Assembly: GCF_037042905.1 (NCBI RefSeq)
Contig: NC_087251.1
Location: forward strand, 5,706,001 to 5,770,000
Direction of reading: 5' to 3'
Length of the DNA: 64,000 nucleotides
Source: Lytechinus pictus
Taxonomy: Eukaryota
Below the pieces are notes generated by a model that was given only the letters and a program-made list of their open reading frames with translations, had not been told where the DNA came from and did no database searches. Below are positions 53,302-64,000 of this stretch, piece by piece. Made by a program: the position numbers and the translations under genes. Position 1 is the first letter of the stretch. Every line of letters begins with the position of its first letter.

Positions 53302-56300
53302 TTTTTGTCATGAAATTAAATTCATATAATTTCAGCATGAAATATTCCTTTGAAATATCCTAAAAATCAATCAATCACTCAACACTTCACCCACAATAAC
53401 CCTTCTTTATGTAACATGTCACATGGGAGTATAATTATGTCACAAGCTTATTTTTAAAAAGACAATCTTAAATATCAAATATTTCACCGCTCTCGCAATA
53501 AGGACATAACTACGTTTGAATCTCTTATGGACATATACAATCATCATCACTATAATTTGGTAGAGCTAGTTTGTCATAAAATTTTGTTTTTAATTTTCAA
53601 TATTTGATATTTCATAAGATAAAAGATGTCGTTGAATGTGTGACATCATGGACTCCTCATTTGCATACTACCCGGATGTGAATATAAATGTTTGTTGAAA
53701 ATAAGCGGATTTTCAATGCCATATCTTTAGATCTGTCTTTGCTGAAGTCTTCACTAATAGGTTTATTTGTTTTATTTCAATATCTACTAACTGTTGGGGT
53801 GCACCGGGTCTTTAATGTAAAAAAAGAATGAAAATCAATTCACACATCATCCATTCATATATCATTTCATATCATTCAGTCATTCAATAATGAACTACTA
53901 ACTTACACTTCTTTATAATGATAAAAATAGAACAAACTGAAGACCATTAAATATAGTTTTAAATTTGATGATTTTTATTATTTCGTGTCATTTTCACAAA
54001 AGCTTCATTTTTGTATTTTTTCCTCAAAATTTTTCAGTATTTATTTCATTATTTACAAAGACGTAACACGTAAGCATATTTTAATATCTACAAACATTCT
54101 TCTCCGAGTAATAAATCAAATAGTGAATACCACCAAGTATCCTGTCAGAATAAGATAATCCATTGTTTTTACTAAAGCATATTATAAGGTTTCGTTTCAT
54201 TCAACCTGCGTCACTTTTACGAAGAAAAGAGAAAGTTACACTACGAATGACATTAGGAATTATCTAAAGCAACATACCTTGATAATACACTATGATGATG
54301 TAATACTGGGGCACCTATCTGATCCTGATCCTTACAATCTAGTGGGTGTGACCCCCTAATAAATAACATTGCACTTTAGTCAATTGTGTCTTACACTAAG
54401 GTAAGTCCTTGCACCATTTACGACTCAAAATCATCCACCTGTTAGAGTTTTCGTCTTAAAGTTTAAATACTTTATATCCAAACAAGCACATCTTGCATTT
54501 GAATAAGAAACATAAGAGCTATCCCTGAAAGCCATCTCATACAGGTGTCTGCACATTAATGCCCCCTTTCAGAATTAACATCAGAAGAAAACATTTTATG
54601 CTATATTATTTACAGTGTCAATGTAGTTTCTTAACATGTTCCACTTACATAAATTATTATTATTCCATACTTCTATTATGGGACCAAAAGTATACTTTAT
54701 AAATACTAGTGTAGGACAAATGATTATAGAAATAAACATAACAGACATTTACAACTAAGGGAAGAAATAAAATTGAAAATAACATATATGAAGCAACTCC
54801 ATTCTAAGTTATAGCAAGAAAGACAATGGTGCAAAAATAAAAATAAATGAAAATATCTGAATTTGAAATTGTACTTCATTTGCAGATTTTCAAAATTTAT
54901 AATGATTGTACACATATGACTAACACACATTGCAGCATACAATGGGAAAGTGTTCAGTAATAAAAATGTGTGAATTATTGTACGGTAGCAAAATAACTTC
55001 TGCAGGCTCTGTGCAGATCATAAACAGAATTGGAAATTGATAATATGTGTGTTTGATTTCATCAAGCAAGTATAAAATTATTCAAAAAGTTTTTTTTATG
55101 TGAAGTTGCAAATACTGCAGCATCTGTCACAATGTAAAATGGATGACATTTTCATAATACTCTGAATAAGTGATTTACAGCATTTTCCTCACAACACCAA
55201 AGAGTGACATAGACAGAAGTGGAATTGTCATCTTGTAAAGATAAATATTTGCAGCAAAATATGGTATATCATAGCTTTTACATGTATAATGCATGGATAA
55301 GAAGAGCAATAACAATCCCCAAATATTCTGATCTTTAGGCCTTGTTCCATTAGTCCCACAAATCAAATTTATACATGTATATGGATTTAGAAAATTCGAA
55401 AAAAAACCTACAAAATCATTATGAGAGTAGTGACTGTCCCTGAACACCTGGTTAGCATCAAAAGAATGTTGCAGTTAACGGTACTCCATTACATAGATTG
55501 CTCCTTCCTTCTTCTAAATACCAATGTATTCCACAACCAAGAGGTACAAAGTAAGGAGATAGCTTTGTTGTGATGAATACAATGTTATCTATAATTTTTT
55601 TCACACAGAACCAATCAACCATGGCCTACATTTCAGGTACCTTACAATATGGCAAAAGGTGATGATCTTTCTTTAAGAAGAAAATTCAAGGATAAATCAC
55701 TAGTACTTGCTTAATTTTTTTCTGAATGATTTTGTGTTAAATACACTAGTACTAGCGTTCTGGAAATAAATTAAATTGTAGAAAATAGATAGTACCAAGG
55801 ACTAAAGCTGGAACTATACTCCAGTTTCACAGCCAGAATTCATTTTTTTTATCTTGTAAATTTAAAAGTCTCATACAAGATCTTGTTTCCAATGACCACA
55901 CTGAAAATGAGAGCCACTACTAACAAAATTGAGATTGATAACTCGATTGATGTAACCTGTTCCCTCATTGTAAAAACATTTCCTTAAACATATCCACTGG
56001 TCAGTATATGCATGAAAATAATGATTTTCCTTTCATTCAACTTAATTGAATTTCAACTGAAATAGACTTTTATCTCAAGAAAATAAAAGAAACCCATCCA
56101 TTCATCCGAACCTTTGAGGTTCTGACACAATATAATTTATATACACCTTTCAATTTGTATTATTTTTTCTGTTGCTCAATTTCTTTAAAATAGTTTAATT
56201 ATATTTCAAAATAAAGAAAATTTCTCTGTTAAATATTTTCTTTTCCATTGATATATTAAACAACAAATGCAATTATGTATCAACCATTGAGTTTCCTTTG

Positions 56301-56833
56301 TTTTCATTATGTATGGATACCAAAAGAATACCTATTACATTTTAGCGTAAAGTGTATGAGACAAATCAAGTTAAAAGTATATGACAACATCATCATTTAG
56401 ATACATTCATCTCAAAGTATTGATGAGAAAAATTGAAAAATGATTGTAAACCAAGATTTTTGCAGATTATTTTCCATTTTTCTTTAAAAAAGAGAAAACC
56501 AAGGCAGCATTATTCGGAACATAAAAGAATCCCAAAGGACACTTGAAAAAATAATTAAAAAAAACCTCAAATATGTCTTAAAACTTTGTAGAAAAAAGAA
56601 AGAGAAATCCAAACAAAACACTTTTTGCCTTCAACTGCTATACTTTGGTTCTTCAACAATAATTGAAGGAAAAACAAAACAAAACACTTTGGTTTATCGT
56701 TTAACATGCGCTTTACTTCAGTATGATTCATCTTGCTTCTTGCACCGGACATATATTTTTGGTTGCTCAGAAAGCTTTCTGTGAGGCACGAAAAGTACAC
56801 AACGATATAAATGATCTATGGGTGAAGTATTAA

Positions 56834-57006
56834 GACAGAAAAAAAAGTTAATTACGGGAAGGGGGGGGGCACTTTAGTCTAAAAAATTGACAGAAAAAAA
56901 TGTTAATTACGGGAAGGGGGGGGGGGGCACTTTAGTCTACAAAAATTGACAGAAAAAAATGTTAATTAGGGGAAGGGGGGGGGGGCACTTTAGTCTACAA
57001 AAATTG
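56834..57006. repeat. Three-copy ~56-59 bp tandem repeat with poly-G
   Basis: Unit GACAGAAAAAAA(T)GTTAATTACGGGAAG(G)nCACTTTAGTCTACAAAAATT. Confidence 0.9.
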
Positions 57007-59157
57007 AATCGTCCATCAAGGTAATAGTAGTAAGTACTCCAATCTAGACATAAATCATTATTCTAGTCTTCAATCCATACAAGAAATCATACAGATTTCA
57101 AGTGCAGTAACCATTTAGAAATTAAAAAATGGAATTGCCAGATTAGCTACATAATATCAGGGAACAGCATGCTATAAGGGTATTATGATATAAAAAATCC
57201 TATATTTAATTTCTACATTCCCCCTTGAAGACTCTCATAGTAATGTCTAGGCCTATATGATTAAGTATGTGTAATTAAGCAGCACCATCAGTTTAACTGA
57301 TTTTCAATGGAATGTAATTTATATTTGATGGCAGAAAAAAAGAATACAGGAAATTAACTATGCTGGTCTAAGGGAAACAATCCTTTTCGTATACAGTTAC
57401 TATGGCAACCTTACAAACATTTTATTTCTCCTCGAAACACGAGAACACACACTTTTAGCACCATCTTCTTTCTCCTCAATCAAAATTGCAAGATATCATG
57501 GCATTTGCACAAAATGTTGAGACAAACTCTCTAAAGATTTCAAAAAAATTAGTGAGTATTAGTGAACTGAGGACCATTGCCTCAAAACGGCAACCCAGAT
57601 ATAATGGAAAGATGTACTTATCTGTGCAGTATCTAACATTAACATGTATTTCACACATTCAAGCTTATTTATTGCAAAATTGGAATTAAGTATCCTTTAT
57701 GGCAAGTATCTGTTAAAAATGAAAGTAACCTTCAGTATTATTGTCAAAAAGTCACTGATATCATAATTGAAATAAAACAAAATGCAGAGCAGCATTTACT
57801 TGTAACAAATAAAATAAAGAGATTTGGATTAAAAAAAGTTTTTAAGGAATTTACTGAAACCAAATGGTCATTCATTTCAGAACTACAATCTACCAAAATG
57901 GATGGATTTCATTATGAAGTAGAGTATGCAAACAATTAATCTCAAAATTTAAGAATAAAACATATTATTGACTGTTATTCAGCAAAAATAATAGTCTATT
58001 CTATATCGTCATTTGATATCAATAATTCTGAAGTTGATTTTTTTTAAATATATCAACATTGGAATAGATAAGCTACCTATAATATCCTACTTCAAGTAAA
58101 GTATTGTCATACGTTCTCTGCACAGGAATAGCTAAGAGTTGTGTGATGAATAACATTAAATAAAACTGTTGCAAATATTTAATCAAAACTTTGCTATTAA
58201 GGAGTCAAAGAACTTGTGTCTAAGAAATTCTATGTGAGGTGACTCTTTTCTTCTAATGTATCAAACAATCATCTGATCATGAATGTTAGGTCCCGTCAAA
58301 CCTGATAACACTTGGCAATAATGGTAATAAAATCTGCTTTCAGTTTAACACTCTTCTCTTCATCGGGTTCAATAAATAATGGAAGACTTAAAAACTTCAT
58401 TGGTTCATTTTTCTCTCTTGGTAATACGTCATGCCCTATCTGATTCTTTCTTTCCCTCAAATAAACTGATACATTATTCTAATTCAGTCCATGCATCTAC
58501 ATGTATACTTGCCACTTCAAGTGTGCAAAGTTTTGATGAAAAAGGTACTTAAATGTATACATGTAGTAGCAATTATTCAATGCTTCCTTTGTATTGTTCT
58601 CTTTTTGGAATCCATAAATAATGGCTCTATCCCATAGCAACCACACTGACCAGGCACAGTCTTCTTCTAGCCATGAGATAAATCTCTATCCACATCACAG
58701 TTTAAATGTTTTATCCATCTCAGCTCTGATACATACTTCTCCATGATAGGGTTAGTTCTACAAAAATTTGCGACATTGAGTCAAGAAAAAAACATAAACA
58801 AAAACAAGAGGAACCTCCAACTCTGTTCTTTGTCAAAAGTCCTGATACATCAATTGCAAATATATTTTTCACAGCGTGACTCGGCAGTTGTTTTCGCGAT
58901 AAAAAAAGTTTGACGAAATCAAATGAGCGAGTTCACAATCACACTTCAAGACGGCATTGCCTCGCACACACTGACCCACAGGAATGACGGTTTTCTTGTG
59001 TCGAACAAAAAAAGGAGAAGGGGCAAAGTTGGGGCTTTTCCCTCAAGATCAAAATGGCACAAATGCTGAGTATGTTTTAATCTCCCCTCCTTGATTTTCT
59101 CCTTTTCTTTCCATTTTCTGTCTCTTCAACAAATGAAAAAAAGTCTGGCACTTTGGT

Positions 59158-59289
59158 TTAAACCGAACTTCCATCCCTGATGACTGAGGTACGGGCAGGG
59201 GATGATTCTGAAATGGGCGATTTGGACGACCAGCTTTCAAAAAGACGTCGTATGAATGATCTTCGATGTGGGTCATTTCTTTTGAGACT
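59158..59289 (-). CDS. BAD: BAD-like BH3-only protein, terminal coding exon (SLKRNDPHRRSFIRRLFESWSSKSPISESSPARTSVIRDGSSV*)
   Basis: Strong acceptor (TTTTTTTCCTTTTCTTTTCTCTTTTAG) in phase 0, matching the upstream donor; open to TAA. SFIRRLFESW resembles vertebrate BAD C-terminal SWTRVFQSWW. Confidence 0.75.
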   Translation of the reverse strand, partial: SLKRNDPHRRSFIRRLFESWSSKSPISESSPARTSVIRDGSSV

Positions 59290-60706
59290 CTAAAAGAGAA
59301 AAGAAAAGGAAAAAAATTAAAGTGAATTTCAATGTATCTTTTGACAGAGGTTATCCTTTGGTAACATTACTGTTCATTCCACAGATCTAAATGACACCCT
59401 CAGGCTATATCATGGTAATATATTTCAATAAGTGTGAAACATATAAATTCAAATGATTGATAAGTTTCAATGATTTTAGATTTACCAGAATCAATCAGAT
59501 TTCTCATTGCAGATTAACCTGGTTTTGATCAATACTCCAAAAGAATTACATGATTACCATAGAAACAGACAAAGCCTTGATAATAAACAGAACCCAGGTT
59601 TTCAATTAAACAACCTTGTTACCACCCTTCAACCATCATTTAACACATTATCATTGCAGTCTATTCAAATTGCCTTTTCATTTCATGGGCAAGGGCAGTC
59701 AATCTTACACAATAGAATCAAATACAATATATTCAACGGACCAAAACAAGTTTGAGTAGGAACAAATCTTTTGGTTTCATAACATGATTTGTGCCAGATC
59801 AATTTAAGCGTGAATTCTTTGTTTGCAGTTTTATCTCTTTTTTTTAACAGGTACATATAAGTGCTATACATAGAACATAACTGTCTCTTTCTCCTTGAAA
59901 TGATATTTTTAAAGTTTTTGTTGTGTTTCATTTCACTATAACCCCCTAGAAACTAACTGATAACAAACATAAACTACATGTATAAGATACACTGGAATAT
60001 ATTTTGAAATTTGAATAAATTTGTTTGCTTTATGTACACAATAGAACCCCAGGTGTAATTAAAATAAAACTAACGGTATAAATCAAGTTGAGGATGATTG
60101 ATCCATGAAAAAGTGCTATGAACATAATTACATCCGTTTCTTTCTAGAATCTGACCTTTCTGACATGTACTATGGATTCATATACTGTTTGATTGACAAT
60201 TGATACAGGTTTGGATTTGCATGATACAAAGAATAAACAGTGATTTATCTTTTGTTTGTTCTTCTCTCAATGTAATATGTTTGTATTTACTCAGAAGTGT
60301 TACAAAGACAGGAAAGATATACCGAAAATACATGTAATGTTCAAGTATCATTCACAATAAACTATCAGACAATTATGTGCTTTGTTCTTTTTTATCTTTT
60401 ACAGTGCACATGATAAAATTCAATACATTTCAGTTTCATGAAAAGAACAAGTGGATAAACGATCTGCTTATTAATTGTAAAACCATACAGCATGATGATG
60501 ATCAGTTACAGTTAAGTACATATATATGCTTTTCACACTGCACTTTTTTCCCTTAACCCCGGGAAATTGGTGGGGCTAAGGGGGGGCCTTAGCCCCACCA
60601 ATAGCAAAGTGGGCTAGCACGGTAAATAGTACGGTACTATCTGGCCCTGCAAAAAAGCAGGGTTAGCCGGCCTATTGTGGTGCTAGCACCACAATTACGG
60701 TGCTAA

Positions 60707-61804
60707 TATGCTTTTCACACTGCATTTCCTTAACCCCATACTATCCTTAACTCCGGACTATACTTAACCCCATACTATCTTTTTTTCGATTCACACTGTG
60801 TTTCTTAACCCCATACTATTTGCTTAGCCAGGGTTAATGCCTTAACCTCGGGCAATCACACAGTTCATTAATGTTGATGATTTTACCATACAGAGCGCGA
60901 TTAACGTGCAATTTCGACTTCTGTGATTGGCTAATGCTTAGCCCCACTTTTCCTTAGCCCTGTTTCGTTTCACACTCTTCGCACCGCAATTGTGGTGCTA
61001 GCACCACAATAAGCCGGCTAACCCTGCTTTTTTGCAGGGCCAGATAGTACCGTACTATTTACCGTGCTAGCCCACTTTGCTGAAACGTAGTGTGAAAACG
61101 AAGTGGGCTAAGCTTAAAGGGGAATCCAGCCTTGGCCATAAAATGTTGTGTTGGGAAGGAGAAAAATAAATTAAACAGAATGGTGAAAGTTTGAAAGAAA
61201 TCGGACGAGCAATAAGAAAGTTATAGCTGCTTTAAAATTGAGATCACTAATATTATGTAGATTTCAAATTGGCAACTGAGTAAGTAAATTATGACAAGGG
61301 GCAAGGACAACTTTCCCATAGGCCATGTACTTTATTATCAGGGATTTGTGGTTTTCTCCTAAGTACCCATTCCCCTGGGGCAGTAATCTAAATATAACCC
61401 AGGTAGTATATCGTTTTATGTCCTCATGAAAGAAAAATATAATTTGAAATAAAACTTTTGGGAAAAAATGACATTTTAGCCATAATATGTATTGGAGTAC
61501 ATGGAAGAGAAGTCCTTGCCTTACATCACTATGACATCCCATATGCGGCCGATTTGAAGTCTCCATGGGTATAGTGATTACCAATATTTACAACTTTTTA
61601 AAATTCATAACTTTCTATTTGTTTGTCCAATATTGTTCAAACTTTCACCTATCAACTTGTCTGATTTTTCTTTTCCTTATAAAAACAAGTTTTTATTTGG
61701 GTTGGATTCCCCTTTAACCCCGAGAAATTGGTGGGGCTAAGACCCCCCCTTAGCCCCACCAATTTCCTGGGGTTAAGGGGAAAAAGTGCAGTGTGAAAAG
61801 CATA
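60707..61804. mobile_element. Second copy of the same Harbinger-like MITE, inserted inverted into the first
   Basis: Same TIRs; TAA TSD at 60704-60706 and 61805-61807; interior is the reverse complement of the outer copy. Confidence 0.82.
61118..61713. mobile_element. Kolobok-like MITE nested in the inner Harbinger-like copy
   Basis: TTAA|AGGGGAATCCAGCC ... GGTTGGATTCCCCT|TTAA. Confidence 0.9.
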
Positions 61805-61999
61805 TAAGAGATGCAGTGTGAAACGAAACAGGGCTAAGGAAAAGTGGGGCTAAGCATTAGCCAATCACAGAAGTCAAAATTGCACGTTAATCGCGCTCTG
61901 TATGGTAAAATCATCAATATTCATGAGCTGTGTGATAGTCCGGGGTTAAGGCGTTAACCCTGGCTAAGCAAATAGTATGGGGAAAGAAAGACAGTGTGA

Positions 62000-62135
62000 T
62001 TGATTGATTGATAAAAAAATTAACGACACTATCAACACATGCGTGTCATATAAGTGTCGGACAGTTAATCTGGAAAGGTTACTATAATACAGTACAAATT
62101 ACCCTAATGCAACTTTACAAAGGATCAGGATTATA
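62000..62135 (-). mobile_element. Short retroposon 3' fragment with (CAAT)n tail
   Basis: Interrupts GTGTGA/ATCG of the outer MITE (intact in the inner copy near 60790); begins TTGATTGATTGAT on the plus strand. Confidence 0.5.
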
Positions 62136-62341
62136 ATCGAAAAGAAGATAGTATGGGGTTAAGGATGGTCCGGGGTTAAGGATAGTATGGGGTTAAGGAA
62201 ATACAGTGTGAAAAGCATAATACCTTCCCCCATCTTCATTATCGATTTGTGGTTACCAATACTGCAATTGATGATCATTGTTCAACTATCTGATATTCAT
62301 CTGGGATTTATACCAAATCTATATAATGAAAATAAACTTAC

Positions 62342-62571
62342 TCTTTGGCCTTCAAACAATGCCACAAATTCATCTCCAATCCGTCTCAGTTCTCGTCCAG
62401 TAGCGATCTCGGGGGCAACGGGTCTCGCTGGAGCAGAATTGGCTCTACTCCGACGGATAGTTATGAGGTCTGGTAGGGGTTCGGCAAAAGAATTGTCTCC
62501 TGCTGGCTCATTAGGAGGGACTGACTCTGGCTCAACGCTTCCCTCAGAGAAGAACCGTGTTCTTCTAGATT
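62342..62571 (-). CDS. BAD: BAD-like BH3-only protein, BH3-encoding internal exon (230 bp, phase 1 to phase 0)
   Basis: Acceptor TATCTTTCAG and donor GTAAGT. Encodes SRRTRFFSEG...IRRSRANSAPARPVAPEIATGRELRRIGDEFVALFEGQR, i.e. a BH3 LxxxGDxF preceded by RxRxxSAP at BAD-like spacing. Upstream exons were not securely identified. Confidence 0.85.
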
Positions 62572-64000
62572 CTGAAAGATACAATTCAAATACAAACATA
62601 TGATCAAGGAATATACACAAATTATATGTATCAATCCAGTATTATAGTTCTCTTAAACAGTTGGTCCCTTTACCAGCAATTTTGATGATGTAAAGAGTTG
62701 AGTATGAAACAACCAATTCTCATCTTTTCTCTATTTACACATTACAAATAAATCAATGCACTTCTACTAAAGTGTATGAACATAATGCAAGCGCACACTG
62801 ACCCATCAATACTATATCTCAATGTCAGCAGAAGATACATACTTCCTGGCGATGCCATATCTGATCGACCATCCACTGATATACAGGCACAAATAGGTGG
62901 TCTTAACTTCATAGTGCAGCACATCAAAAGAACTATTACCTTATCCAAGTACTCTTGTATAGTAAACTGACTATTCTATGCTCTAGCCAACAGTTTTTCA
63001 CTGCCCACTCAACTGTTTGCCTATTGTTCACACCCCCACACCCTTTCGACTAACGATGACTAATCACTGGAACAGAAATAGCCCTATTACAAGGAAGCTA
63101 ATAAACTTGGCTTGTGCACCTTGCAACTCTGTGCCCATTGTTTGGTTATGATGACTTGGATCCAGTGGCATCACCACCACTGGGTCCCCCTTCCTTGTCC
63201 AAATTATCTTCAAGCCTTTGAGCCACGATAAAGTTCAACAATCCTGTCTGGTTATGAATCCACATGAAGTCTACTGAAACATCTCATCTGGACTTCATTT
63301 CTCATAAAAGGAAGTTGTGGTCAGGGTTTTATTACAAGTAATCAAAGTCACTGAAGATGTGATCATGTGGGTCGCTATCCGAGAGATCACTGTTCTTTTC
63401 ACAGCCACTGTTCCAAGTCCAACTGAGGTGACTCACCATGTGTAGGTCTTCTAGTATTGTTTTGGTCCTGCAGTCATAACAAAGAAGACCTTGGGTCTTA
63501 TGTCATTACCCAGGGACCAGGGGAATCCCTATGATGCAACTCTATAAATCCCACTAAAACGTATGGTATACCAGGGAGAATTCCCTGGGTATACATATGC
63601 AGTATGCAAATGAAGAATAGAATCTGATGCCTGTCCAAACCTGCCCTGATTTTCTTGCACAAAGGCTATGCAATAATTGTTCAAATATTGTGAACTAAAT
63701 TAGGAGGGACAGAGAGAGAGAGACTGAAAGAAAGAGAGAGAAATAAAAGAAAGAGTTACAATGACCAATATGATTGACGAACAAAAACATTGATCCTAGC
63801 ATTATCATGCTAATCAACCTGAAGACTCTACCATCTATTACACCTTTTGCCTCTAAACAAAGCAAATCAATCTACATGTAATCAACCTTCTATTTTCCTT
63901 CTCACTTGTTGTTTGTTCCTCTCTTCCCATTGGCCAATACTTTCCAGTAGGCTCTGTACATATTCCCTATGTGTTTACATGTGTTGCGTACTCTCCTGTC

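Larger units (their letters stand above)
60525..62219. mobile_element. PIF/Harbinger-like MITE (outer copy) in the intron of the BAD-like gene
   Basis: TIR TATGCTTTTCACACTG / CAGTGTGAAAAGCATA; 3-bp flanks ATA and ATA. Confidence 0.8.

Noticed and set aside
59049..59276. 75-aa minus-strand ORF MTHIEDH...
   Set aside because: Overlaps the terminal exon in a different frame; splice phase and BAD-like similarity favour the SLKRND... frame.
62187..62603. 138-aa plus-strand ORF
   Set aside because: Antisense shadow of the BH3 exon that begins inside a MITE.
63437..63467. Possible 31-bp upstream micro-exon (CTGCAG|GAC...CATG|GTGAGT, phase-1 end, DQNNTRRPTH)
   Set aside because: Splice signals and phase are compatible with the BH3 exon, but there is no recognisable homology, so it cannot be supported without transcript data.

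Overview
This is AT-rich, repeat-dense, gene-poor animal genomic DNA. A sea-urchin or other marine deuterostome origin is my inference from the repeat repertoire and is not verified. The only host gene I can support is the 3' part of a minus-strand BH3-only pro-apoptotic gene, BAD-like, with two coding exons at 62571-62342 and 59289-59158. The rest is dominated by transposable elements: a frameshifted Tc1-like DD38E transposon, a nearly intact L1/Tx1-type LINE inserted in a TTAA-flanked MITE, many nested non-autonomous hAT-like, Kolobok-like, Harbinger-like and Tc1-like elements, two SINEs, and a local duplication/inversion complex at 33.5-38.9 kb. The most unusual observation is a ~178-bp SINE at 4445-4622 whose 5' head resembles 7SL (SRP) RNA/Alu, fused to a B-box, a Deu/Nin-like core and a (CA)n tail. 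All family assignments are by eye from motifs, TIRs and TSDs; no searches were run.
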